Assembly: GCA_016742055.1 (NCBI GenBank)
Contig: JACVCK010000001.1
Location: 1-42,097 of the forward strand
Origin: Phycisphaerales bacterium
GTDB taxonomy: Bacteria > Planctomycetota > Phycisphaerae > Phycisphaerales > UBA1924
Direction of reading: 5' to 3'
Length of the DNA stretch: 42,097 bases
Part shown: positions 1 through 8,549 of the stretch, one piece after another
How the letters are laid out: each line of letters begins with the position of its first letter
How positions within the stretch are numbered: position 1 is the first letter of the stretch
Translations under genes and position numbers: made by a program
Notes under the pieces: model-generated
Told to the model about the DNA's origin: nothing
Databases searched by the model: none
The model's input: the letters and a program-made list of their open reading frames with translations, nothing else

Positions 1-135
1 TCCGGCGTGGTGGGGGCCCGGTGTGGGGTGTGGGGTATTTTTCTACGGGCAGGTGGCGGCCGGGGGCGATGGCGGGAGTCTCGGGGGGCGGGGGATGGGC
101 TGGGGGGGCAGGCGGGGGTGGGGGGCGCTCGCCCG
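1..135 (+). repeat. G-rich low-complexity tract directly upstream of the first CDS, with G-quadruplex potential on the sense strand
   Basis: Read directly: G runs at 12-16, 25-28, 32-35 and 62-66, then six runs of 5-7 G between 83 and 125. In the ORF-track frame this translates to Gly/Arg-rich junk, so I treat it as non-coding. Confidence 0.8.
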
Positions 136-141
136 ACGGAG

Positions 142-1248
142 ATGGGACGGCGTCTGGGGCTGGACAAGACGCTGGCTTGGAAGGTGGCCCGTTTCGTGGA
201 AGGGGCGGACCCGGTGGCGGCGGTGCGTCACATGCCCGGGGCGGGGGGCGTGGAGATCATCGTTCGCGCGGCCGAGGCGCAGCGAGTCTCGGGCGCGATC
301 CTGGAGCGTGTCCGCCTCGCGGACCGGGACCTTCGCGAGTTCGTGTCGCGCCACGCGGGGGACCGCCGCGCGTTCGAGGCGATGTTGTCGGGCGAGTTGG
401 GCGGCGCGCGGAACGAATCGGACGAGCGGCGCGCGTACTTCCGCTCCGGTTCGGCGCTGTGGGGCGTGCGCGCGAAGTTGCAGTTCCTGATGCTCGCGCT
501 GGCGCCGAGCGCGGATCGTCCGGGGCGCCTGGATGCGGCGCAGGTCAGCGGGTTCGTGGATTTCGAGCGCCTTCGCCCGGACCTGCCGTGGATTGTCCGC
601 CGGCTGCGCGCGCACAGCGACTCGGGCGCGGATGTGTACCGCGTGATCCGAACGCCGCTGGTGGCGGAGCGGGCGCGTCGCGGGCTCCCGCCCCTGTTCG
701 ATGCGCACTGCTCGCAGCCCGCGCCGGAACTTCGCCAGTTTGAGCGGGAAAACGGCTGGGTTTATGACGAACTCGCGCCGGTGGAGCCGGGGCGAGTAGG
801 CCGGGCCGGCGCGATCACCGTGGTGTTGGGCGAGCGGTACATGGGCGCGCTGCCGATGGAGCGCAGCGAGGACAACGCCGTCGGCACGTACACCCTGACC
901 GTGCGGACGCCGGTTGAGTGCGTGCTGTTCGACCTTCTGCTGCACCGTGATCTGACGCACTTCGGGGCGCCGCGACGCGCGGTGTACGGGCTGCTCGAGG
1001 ATCGTCCTCCGGCCGGCGACCGGCCGGCGCCGCTGATCGACGCGGCGCCCGCTGCGGACCTGGGCCCTGCGGCGTTGGTGCAGACGCACCGCTGGGACCG
1101 GTATCCGAAACTGGTGGACGACGCCCTCGCCCTCGCGGGCTTCGCGCCGCGCGGCCAGTTCCGTGGCTATCGCGCCGAGGTGGACTATCCGACCTTTCCA
1201 TGCGATCTGAAGATGGAACTGGAGATCGGGCCGACCGCCCTCCGCTGA
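142..1248 (+). CDS. hypothetical protein with no recognised domain
   Basis: ORF 7..1248. The first ATG after the G-rich tract is at 142 (MGRRLGLDKTLAWKV...). Amino-acid composition is ordinary, unlike the antisense Arg/Pro-rich ORF 43..2706. I recognise no catalytic or binding motif. Confidence 0.55.
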   Translation: MGRRLGLDKTLAWKVARFVEGADPVAAVRHMPGAGGVEIIVRAAEAQRVSGAILERVRLADRDLREFVSRHAGDRRAFEAMLSGELGGARNESDERRAYFRSGSALWGVRAKLQFLMLALAPSADRPGRLDAAQVSGFVDFERLRPDLPWIVRRLRAHSDSGADVYRVIRTPLVAERARRGLPPLFDAHCSQPAPELRQFERENGWVYDELAPVEPGRVGRAGAITVVLGERYMGALPMERSEDNAVGTYTLTVRTPVECVLFDLLLHRDLTHFGAPRRAVYGLLEDRPPAGDRPAPLIDAAPAADLGPAALVQTHRWDRYPKLVDDALALAGFAPRGQFRGYRAEVDYPTFPCDLKMELEIGPTALR

Positions 1249-1368
1249 TCGAGCGGGTGGGGAACGGTGGGCCGGGATCCACGGTTCATCCTGTCGGCCG
1301 GCCATGGGGGGGATGTCAGGTTTGTGTTTGTATGTGCCTGGTCGGGATGCGAATCCCTGCAGATCCGC

Positions 1369-1398
1369 TTGACATCGGTCGATATCATGACATATAAC
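1369..1398 (+). promoter_or_regulatory. sigma70-like promoter for the cytochrome c / nosZ operon
   Basis: TTGACA at 1369-1374, an 18-nt spacer, then TATAAC at 1393-1398 (or ATATAA with a 17-nt spacer). It sits in a conspicuously AT-rich island (about 1320-1430) within GC-rich DNA, 34 nt upstream of the ATG at 1432. Confidence 0.45.
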
Positions 1399-1431
1399 TC
1401 CAGATATAGAGCATTGAAGACGGGAAACGCC

Positions 1432-2394
1432 ATGCAGACCCCCAGCCCATCGAACCCGACCAGCCCCACCGATCGTCCGATCCTGGGACCCGGCGCCACG
1501 GAACAGACTTGGCGTCCGACGGTCGGCAGCGGGGCTCGGGAGTGCCTGGGGGCTCTCGGCGTGGCCGTGCTGGTGATGGCGCCGATCTTCGGCGCGGGCG
1601 GGTGGAGGGTGTACGGGGATTGGCGCGTGCGGCACGACGCCCGCGTGGCCATCATCGAGGCGGCCTTGGCCTACGAGCGCCTGGTCGCGGCGCCGCCCGC
1701 GGCGATGCTGCCGGTGGAGCCTACGGCGCACGGCAGGGACCTCTTCGCGACGGTGTGCGCGGCGTGCCACGGCGCGAGCGGCACGGGCATCACGGGGTTG
1801 GGCAAGAGCCTGGTGGAGAGCGACTTCGTCGCGCGCCAGAGCGACGACGAACTGCACGGCTTCATCATCGAAGGCCGGCCGTTCGCCGAGCCCCTGCCGA
1901 TGCCCCCGCGCGCCGGGCGCGACGACCTGACCGACGACGATCTCCGCGCGATTGTGCTGTACGTCCGAGGGCTCCAGGATCCGCGCCGCCTGCCGGAGTT
2001 GCCGGCGATGGCGGCGAGCGCAGGGCCGACCGACGCGCAGAAGGCCGCGGCGATGGAGGCGGCCGGCGGCGATTCGGAACTCGCCGAGTACATCGCCAGC
2101 GGGGATCGGCTCTTCCACTCGACGTGCGTGGCGTGCCACGGTCGGGGCGGCGAGGGCGTGGCCGGCAACGGCAAGGCGCTCAAGGGCAACGCGTTCGTCG
2201 CGTCGCTTGACGACGACGGGCTGTTCAAGTTCATCACGAAGGGGCGCGGACCCACCGACGCCGCGAACACCACCGGCATTCAGATGCCGCCCAAGGGCGG
2301 CAACCCGGCGCTGTCGGAGGACGACATCCTCGACATCATCGCCTACCTGCGGACGTTGCAGCCGAGCGGCCAGAGCGCCTCGGCCGGCCATTGA
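1432..2394 (+). CDS. membrane-anchored diheme c-type cytochrome, probable electron donor to NosZ (NosC-like)
   Basis: Two CxxCH heme motifs (CAACH, CVACH), each in a class-I cytochrome c-like domain, plus an N-terminal hydrophobic helix (LGALGVAVLVMAPIFGAGGW). I chose the ATG at 1432 because the upstream ORF codons (1267-1431) lie in the AT-rich promoter island and use atypical codons. Confidence 0.85.
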   Translation: MQTPSPSNPTSPTDRPILGPGATEQTWRPTVGSGARECLGALGVAVLVMAPIFGAGGWRVYGDWRVRHDARVAIIEAALAYERLVAAPPAAMLPVEPTAHGRDLFATVCAACHGASGTGITGLGKSLVESDFVARQSDDELHGFIIEGRPFAEPLPMPPRAGRDDLTDDDLRAIVLYVRGLQDPRRLPELPAMAASAGPTDAQKAAAMEAAGGDSELAEYIASGDRLFHSTCVACHGRGGEGVAGNGKALKGNAFVASLDDDGLFKFITKGRGPTDAANTTGIQMPPKGGNPALSEDDILDIIAYLRTLQPSGQSASAGH

Positions 2395-2464
2395 ACGGAA
2401 GAACCGCCGCGGCTTGGGGCGATCGTCCTCGCCCGTCGCGGCTTGAGATCCCGGAGACCATGCC

Positions 2465-4573
2465 ATGAAGACCACAGGATCGACGTTCCGATTCCGAACT
2501 CTGGCGATGACGGCCGCGCTGGGCGGCGCATGCTTAGGCATGCTGGCGCCGGAGGCGTCGGCGCAGGAAAGCCGTCGCCGTCGGGGCGGCGCCGAGGCGG
2601 CCAAGCCCGTGGAACTGACGGCGGAGCACGTCGGTCTACTCACGAAGATCGCCGACGAGCGCCGGCTGAACGTTGACGACCTCCTGGCCGCAGCCAAGAC
2701 GTTCATGCCCAGCGGGCGGCACGACGAGTACGTGCTGTTCTCCTCGGGCGGTCAGAGCGGGCAGGTGTTCGCGATCGGCGTGCCGAGCATGCGCCTGCTG
2801 CGTTCGATCGCGGTGTTCACGCCGGAGTCGTGGCAGGGCTACGGATTCAGCGGGGATAACGACCACGTGGCCGAGTCGCTGAAGATCATGGGCAAGCCCG
2901 TGCTGTGGGGCGACACGCACCATCCGGCGCTTTCAGAGACGGGGGGCGAGTACGACGGAGAATGGCTGTTCATCGGCGACAAGGCCAACGCTCGGGTGGC
3001 GGTGATCGACCTGCGCGACTGGGAGACCAAGCAGATCGTCAAGAACCCGCTGACGATCAGCGACCACGGCGCCGCGTTCGTGACGCCCGACACGGAGTAC
3101 ATCGTCGAGGGCGGGCAGTACGCGACCGTTCTGGGCTATGGCTACGCCCCGCCGGAGCAGTACAAGGAGGCGTACCGGGGGATGGTGACGCTGTGGAAGT
3201 TCGACCGCGTCAAGGGCCGGATCGACGAGGCCCGCTCGTTCGCCCTGGAGTTGCCGCCGTACTGGCAGGACCTGGCTGACGCCGGGAAGAGGGCCAGCGA
3301 CGGCTTCATCTTCATCAACTCGTTCAACGCCGAGATGGCGGCGGGCGGGGTCGAGCGGGGCGAGCCGCCGTTCGAGGCGGGCGCCAGCAAGAGGGACATG
3401 GACTACCTGCACATCATCGACTGGCGCAAGGCCGAGGCGGCGTTCAAGGCGGGCAAGGCCAAGGCGATCAACGGCTTCCCCGTGATCATGCTGGAGACCA
3501 GCGTCGCGGAGGGCCTGCTGCACTTTGCGCCCGAACCCAAGAGCCCGCACGGGGTGGACATCACCCCCAACGGCCAGTTCATCATCGTCGCGGGCAAACT
3601 CGACCCGCACGTGACCGTCTACTCGATCGACCGCGTGAAGCGCGCGATCGCGGAGAAGAAGTTCAGCGGCCAGGACGCCTACGGCGTGCCGATCCTGGAC
3701 TTCGACGCCGTGAAGGAAGTGCAGGTCGAACTGGGGCTGGGGCCGCTGCACACGCAGTTCGACGACAAGGGCTACGCCTACACGTCGCTGTTCCTGGATT
3801 CGGCCGTCGCGCGCTGGACGCTGGGCGGTGAGTATGAGTCGCTCAATTCGGATCGCCCGTGGAAACTCGTGCAGAAGACGCCGGTGCAGTACAACATCGG
3901 CCACCTTTCGGCGGCCGAGGGCGACACGGTCAGCCCGGACGGGCGCTATCTCATCTCGATGTCCAAGTGGTCGGTGGACCGCTTCCTGCCGACCGGCCCG
4001 CTGCTGCCCCAGAACTTCCAGTTGCTCGACATCTCGCAGCCCGGCGCGACGATGCCGGTGATCTACGACATGCCCTTGGGCGTGGGCGAGCCGCACTACT
4101 GCCAGATGATCAAGGCCGACAAACTCAAGACCTGGAAGGTCTACCCCGAGGTCGGCTGGAATCCGCACACCCAGCGCCTCGACCCCAACGCGCCGCGTCA
4201 GGGCCAGGAAGGCGTGACGCGAAGCGGCGACCACGTGCTGGTCAACATGACCGCGGTGCGCAGCCACTTCCACCCCGAGCACGTGGAGGTCAACGAGGGC
4301 GACACCGTCACGTGGCGGATCACGGCCGTCGAAACGGCGCAGGACGCGACCCACGGCTTCTGCATCGGCGCGTACAACATCAACCTGTCGCTCGAGCCCG
4401 GCGAGTTCGCGGAGTTCACCTTTGTCGCCGATAAGCCCGGGACCTATCCCTTCTACTGCACCGAGTTCTGCTCGGCGCTCCACCTCGAGATGATGGGGTA
4501 CTTCCACGTCAAGCCCAAGGCCGTCAGCGCGACGGACGCCGACGAGGCCTCGGGCGCCGTCGTCGCCAGGTGA
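2465..4573 (+). CDS. nosZ: nitrous-oxide reductase NosZ, clade II (atypical, Sec-type signal peptide)
   Basis: All seven CuZ histidine contexts are present (DTHHP, SDHG, YLHIIDW, SPHGVD, PLHTQFD, NIGHLS). The CuA site is present (ATHGF...YCTEFCSALHLEMM). The N-terminal signal (LGGACLGMLAPEASAQE) has no twin-arginine in its n-region. GGAGA lies 7 nt upstream of the ATG. Confidence 0.97.
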   Translation: MKTTGSTFRFRTLAMTAALGGACLGMLAPEASAQESRRRRGGAEAAKPVELTAEHVGLLTKIADERRLNVDDLLAAAKTFMPSGRHDEYVLFSSGGQSGQVFAIGVPSMRLLRSIAVFTPESWQGYGFSGDNDHVAESLKIMGKPVLWGDTHHPALSETGGEYDGEWLFIGDKANARVAVIDLRDWETKQIVKNPLTISDHGAAFVTPDTEYIVEGGQYATVLGYGYAPPEQYKEAYRGMVTLWKFDRVKGRIDEARSFALELPPYWQDLADAGKRASDGFIFINSFNAEMAAGGVERGEPPFEAGASKRDMDYLHIIDWRKAEAAFKAGKAKAINGFPVIMLETSVAEGLLHFAPEPKSPHGVDITPNGQFIIVAGKLDPHVTVYSIDRVKRAIAEKKFSGQDAYGVPILDFDAVKEVQVELGLGPLHTQFDDKGYAYTSLFLDSAVARWTLGGEYESLNSDRPWKLVQKTPVQYNIGHLSAAEGDTVSPDGRYLISMSKWSVDRFLPTGPLLPQNFQLLDISQPGATMPVIYDMPLGVGEPHYCQMIKADKLKTWKVYPEVGWNPHTQRLDPNAPRQGQEGVTRSGDHVLVNMTAVRSHFHPEHVEVNEGDTVTWRITAVETAQDATHGFCIGAYNINLSLEPGEFAEFTFVADKPGTYPFYCTEFCSALHLEMMGYFHVKPKAVSATDADEASGAVVAR

Positions 4574-4673
4574 CGGCGTCGACTTTCCCTTTCCCACCCC
4601 GGGTCAGCGCGCGGGGCCGGGGATTCTCAGCCGCACGCGGCCTCGGATCGGCCGCTCAACGCCGGAGCAGACC

Positions 4674-5348
4674 ATGAGCCGTCTTCTCGCCGCGATCGTC
4701 GGGCCCCGAGTGCCCGAGGACGAACTTCGTGCCCGCCGCGCACGGTACCTGGCGCCGACGCTGACGCTCATGCTCGCCCGTCTTCTGCTTCTCGTTTCGG
4801 TGTTCCTGCCGTACTGGCACATGGAACTGGTGGCGCCGCAGTATCCAAATGGGCTCTTCCTCACGGCCCACGTCAGCCACCTCTCGGGCGATGTGCGGGA
4901 GATCGACGGGCTGAACCACTACATCGGCATGAGGCCTCTGGGCGAGGCCGCGGCGTTCGAGCGAGCGGCGGCGGTGTGGGCCATCCTGGCCATGTTCCTG
5001 CTGGTGGAGGGCGCGGCGTTCGTTCACAGCCGGTGGGCGACGTTGCTGGCGCTGCCCGCGGCCACGTTCCCGATCGCGTTCCTCGTCGATCTGCACCTGT
5101 GGATGCGGACCTTCGGCCTCAACCTCGATCCGGACGCGCCGCTGTCGTCCTCCGTCAAGCCGTTCGTGCCCACCGTGATCGGCGAGGGCGGCATCGGGCA
5201 GTTCAGGACGTTCGCGGATCTGGGCGTCGGATTCTGGCTCGCGGCGGCTTCGTCGGCGCTGACGATCGTCGGTTTCTACTTCCACAGGCGGGCGTACCGG
5301 CCCCTGACGCTCCGCGCCGGCGCGGAGCGGACTGGCAGGGCGGCATGA
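4674..5348 (+). CDS. nosB: NosB-like integral membrane protein, the clade-II nos accessory protein
   Basis: Sits immediately downstream of nosZ, as in atypical nos clusters. It has four to five hydrophobic helices (LLLLVSVFLPYW, VWAILAMFLLVEGAAF, LLALPAATFPIAFLV, FWLAAASSALTIVGFYF). The call rests on position and topology. Confidence 0.7.
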   Translation: MSRLLAAIVGPRVPEDELRARRARYLAPTLTLMLARLLLLVSVFLPYWHMELVAPQYPNGLFLTAHVSHLSGDVREIDGLNHYIGMRPLGEAAAFERAAAVWAILAMFLLVEGAAFVHSRWATLLALPAATFPIAFLVDLHLWMRTFGLNLDPDAPLSSSVKPFVPTVIGEGGIGQFRTFADLGVGFWLAAASSALTIVGFYFHRRAYRPLTLRAGAERTGRAA

Positions 5349-6781
5349 ACCGCGTGGCGATCATCCTGACGGCGCTCGGGGCGATGGGCATGGGCGAGCC
5401 CGGGGCCCACCCCGCGCCGCAGCACGAGGAGCCCGCCGCGATCGAGACCACGGCGCAGGGCGTGGCGCTCGGGGCGATCGGGCGACGGATCGCCGCGGCT
5501 TCGCCGGGAGACGTCGTCGAGATCGGGGAGGGCGTCTATCGCGAGCGGATCCGCATCGACCGTCCTGTGACGCTGATCGCCCGGGGGCGGGTGGTGATCG
5601 ACGGCGGGGGTTCGGGCGACATCGTGGAAATCGCGGCTCCCGACGTGACGGTGCGGGGGTTCATCATCCGCAACACGGGCGCCGACCTCGACGGCGAGAA
5701 CGCCGCCATCAGGGCCCTGGCGCCGCGGGCGACGATCGAGAACAACGTGCTCGACGACGTTCTCTTCGGCGTGGACCTGCGGCAGTCGCCCGACAGCCGC
5801 GTCGCCGGAAACCGGATCGGCGGCAAGCGGCTGGACGTTGCTCGCCGGGGCGACGGGCTTCGGCTGTGGCGCTCGGACCGGGCGGTCGTGGAGGACAACG
5901 TCATCCACGACGGGCGCGACGCGATCCTCTGGTACTCCAAGGACGTCGTGGTGCGACGAAACGTCGGCCGCAACTGCCGCTACGGCCTGCACCTGATGTT
6001 CAGCGACGGCGTGGCCATCACCGACAACGAGTTCACGGACAACTCCGTGGGCGTGTACCTCATGTACAGCGCGGGCGTCGAGGTCGCGGGCAACCGGCTG
6101 ATTCGCAACCGCGGCCCGAGCGGCTACGGCCTGGGGCTCAAGGAGACGGACCGGTTCGCCGTCCGCGACAACCTGATCGTCGGCAACCGCGCCGGGATCT
6201 ACGTGGACGGATCGCCCTTCACGCCGGATCGCCCCGGCGAGTTCACGGGGAACACGCTCGCGCACAACGACGTGGGCGTGGTGTTCCTGCCCTCGGCTCG
6301 GGGCAACGTCTTCACGGCGAACAACTTCATCGACAACGTCGAGCAGGTGTCGGTCGCGGGTCGCGGCGCGCTGGACGCCAATCGATTCTGGGACGGCGAG
6401 GTCGGCAACTTCTGGAGCGACTACACCGGGTACGACCAGAACGGCGACGGCGTGGGGGACTTTGTGCATGAGTCGTACACGCTCTTTGAAAACCTGCTGG
6501 ACCGCGAGCCGGCGCTGCGCCTGTTTCTGTTCAGCCCTGCGCAGCAGGCGGTCGAGTTTGTCGGGCGGGCCATCCCGGCGGTTCGTCCGGAGCCGAAGTT
6601 CTGCGACGAGGTCCCTCTGATGCGCCCGCAGCCTCTCCCAGCCTGCGCTGTTGTCGAAGGTGGGGGGGGCGGGTTGGGGCTGACGGGCGCCGCGCTGCTG
6701 GCGGCAGGGGCGGGCGTGATCGCCTGCGCCGCGCCGCGCCGATCCCGCCCGGGTCGGATCCTGAAAGGAGCCACGCCGTGA
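5345..6781 (+). CDS. nosD: NosD, periplasmic parallel beta-helix repeat protein for CuZ maturation
   Basis: Signal peptide MNRVAIILTALGAMGMG. Repeated beta-helix units (I.DN.I...GI.L..S..N.I..N) and a conserved tail (GDGVGDFVHESYTLFENLL). The ATG at 5345 overlaps the nosB stop (ATGA). Confidence 0.9.
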   Translation: MNRVAIILTALGAMGMGEPGAHPAPQHEEPAAIETTAQGVALGAIGRRIAAASPGDVVEIGEGVYRERIRIDRPVTLIARGRVVIDGGGSGDIVEIAAPDVTVRGFIIRNTGADLDGENAAIRALAPRATIENNVLDDVLFGVDLRQSPDSRVAGNRIGGKRLDVARRGDGLRLWRSDRAVVEDNVIHDGRDAILWYSKDVVVRRNVGRNCRYGLHLMFSDGVAITDNEFTDNSVGVYLMYSAGVEVAGNRLIRNRGPSGYGLGLKETDRFAVRDNLIVGNRAGIYVDGSPFTPDRPGEFTGNTLAHNDVGVVFLPSARGNVFTANNFIDNVEQVSVAGRGALDANRFWDGEVGNFWSDYTGYDQNGDGVGDFVHESYTLFENLLDREPALRLFLFSPAQQAVEFVGRAIPAVRPEPKFCDEVPLMRPQPLPACAVVEGGGGGLGLTGAALLAAGAGVIACAAPRRSRPGRILKGATP

Positions 6782-7680
6782 TCCAGATTGACCACGTGAC
6801 GAGGCGATTTGGCCGAGCGGTCGCGGTGGACGATGTGTCGCTCAAGGTGGACAGCGGCGAGAGCGTGGCGCTCTGGGGCGCCAACGGCGCCGGGAAGACC
6901 ACGCTCATCCGCTGCGTGCTGGGGCTCCTTCGCCGGCGCGGGCGCATCACGATCGGGGGGCACGAGGTGCGCCGTCGCGGCAAGGCGGCCCGGATGCTCG
7001 TGGGCTATGTGCCCCAGGAACTCGGCTTTTACGACGAACTGCGAGCGGAGGAGGCGATCCGCTTCTTCGCGCGGCTCAAGGGGCTGCGCCGCGTCGAGGG
7101 CGCGGAAGAACTCGCGCGCGTCGGGCTCGAAGGGCACGGGCGCAAGCGGATCCGGGAACTCTCCGGCGGCATGAAGCAGCGGCTGGCGCTGGCCGTCGCG
7201 CTCCTGGGCGACCCCCCCGTGCTCATCCTCGACGAGGTCACCGCCAGTCTGGACGCCGTCGGGCGAGAGGAGTTCGTCGGCCTGCTCGAAGGGCTCTCCG
7301 GCGCGGGGAGAACCCTGCTGTTCGCCTCGCACCGCGTGGACGAGGTCTCCGCGCTGGCCGACCGCGTCGTCATGCTCGACAAGGGGCGCGTCGCGGAGGT
7401 CCTCGCCGGCGGCGCGTTTGTCGCACGGATGCGCGGCGGGGCCGTTCTGCACGTGCATATCCCCGCGGAACATCGCGATCGGGCGATGCGCGCGCTGCGG
7501 GAGAGCGGCTTCGATCCCCGCCTCAACGGCGTCGGGCTGCTGGTGCCCGTCGCTCACGACCAGAAAGCCGGGCCTCTGCAGGCGCTGGCTCAGTCGGGGG
7601 CTCCATTCAGCGACTTTGAGGTTCTTTCACCCGGGCGCGCGGCCCGTGGGAAGACCCGCAACTCGGAGGCGACGTCATGA
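6778..7680 (+). CDS. nosF: NosF, ABC transporter ATP-binding protein
   Basis: Walker A GANGAGKTT, signature LSGGMKQRL, Walker B LILDEV. The GTG start overlaps the nosD stop (GTGA). Confidence 0.88.
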   Translation: MIQIDHVTRRFGRAVAVDDVSLKVDSGESVALWGANGAGKTTLIRCVLGLLRRRGRITIGGHEVRRRGKAARMLVGYVPQELGFYDELRAEEAIRFFARLKGLRRVEGAEELARVGLEGHGRKRIRELSGGMKQRLALAVALLGDPPVLILDEVTASLDAVGREEFVGLLEGLSGAGRTLLFASHRVDEVSALADRVVMLDKGRVAEVLAGGAFVARMRGGAVLHVHIPAEHRDRAMRALRESGFDPRLNGVGLLVPVAHDQKAGPLQALAQSGAPFSDFEVLSPGRAARGKTRNSEATS

Positions 7681-8549
7681 AGGCCGCCGCATACCCCGTC
7701 CCCGCCCTCCGGGCGCCGAGCGCCGTGTCCAACACGCTGACGATCGCCGGGCGAGAACTGCGCGACGCGGTGCGCAGCCGGTGGTTTGTGCTCTACACGC
7801 TGGCGTTCGCGGCGCTGGGGCTGGGGGTGTCGTTCGTGTCGGCCGCGGGATCGGGAGGAACCGGCCTGTCGGGCTTCGGCCGGACGACAGCGGGCCTGAT
7901 CAACCTCACGCTGCTGTTTGTGCCGCTGATGGCGCTGACGGCCGGAGCGGGCTCGATCGCGTCGGATCGAGAGCGCGGGATGCTGGCGTACGTCTTCGCG
8001 CAGCCCACTTCGCCGGTCGAGACGCTGCTGGGCAAGTATCTAGGGCTGGGCGCCGCGCTCGCGGCGTGCCTGGCGCTCGGACTGGGCGCGTGCGCGGGGG
8101 CGCTTGCGGCGCGCGGCCTGCGCACGGACCCTTCGAGCATCCTGTGGCTCGCCGGCCTGTCCGTGCTGCTGGCGATGGGGATGCTCAGTGTCGGGCTGCT
8201 CATCTCGGCGCTGGCGCGCCGAACCTCGGTGGCCGTTGGAACCGCGATCTTCGTCTGGCTCGCGCTGGTGTTCGTCTCCGACCTGGCGCTCATGGCCGGC
8301 GCCGTCGCGCTCCGGCTGCGGATCGAGGACCTCTTCGCCATCGCGTTGCTCAATCCGCTGCAGGTCTTCAAGATGTGGTCGCTCCACGCCGCCGACGCCA
8401 GTCTCGACGTGCTTGGGCCCGCAGGGCTTTACGCCTCCGAGGAGTTCGGCGCGCGCCTGCACCCGATCTTCGGCGCGTCGCTGGCCGCCTGGATCGTCGC
8501 TCCGCTGACCCTCGCCGCGCTGGCCCTTTCTCGGAGGTCGCCGCTATGA
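7677..8549 (+). CDS. nosY: NosY, ABC-2 type permease
   Basis: Six predicted hydrophobic helices and a position between nosF and nosL. The ATG overlaps the nosF stop (ATGA). Confidence 0.85.
   Translation: MKAAAYPVPALRAPSAVSNTLTIAGRELRDAVRSRWFVLYTLAFAALGLGVSFVSAAGSGGTGLSGFGRTTAGLINLTLLFVPLMALTAGAGSIASDRERGMLAYVFAQPTSPVETLLGKYLGLGAALAACLALGLGACAGALAARGLRTDPSSILWLAGLSVLLAMGMLSVGLLISALARRTSVAVGTAIFVWLALVFVSDLALMAGAVALRLRIEDLFAIALLNPLQVFKMWSLHAADASLDVLGPAGLYASEEFGARLHPIFGASLAAWIVAPLTLAALALSRRSPL

Noticed and set aside
7-141. N-terminal extension of the first ORF, which is open to the window edge.
   Set aside because: It translates the G-run tract as Gly/Arg/Trp-rich sequence with no protein-like character. 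I used the ATG at 142. I cannot exclude that a real gene continues upstream of the window.
43-2706. 887-aa ORF on the minus strand. Similar very long antisense ORFs occur at 2933..4597, 9574..11568, 12282..14660, 21546..23480, 27404..28945, 29013..31172 and 39239..41944.
   Set aside because: Their translations are dominated by Arg/Pro/Gly/Ala and have no motifs. They run antisense to genes with unmistakable family signatures (nosZ, copA, SLC13 and others). Long stop-free antisense frames are expected in DNA this GC-rich.
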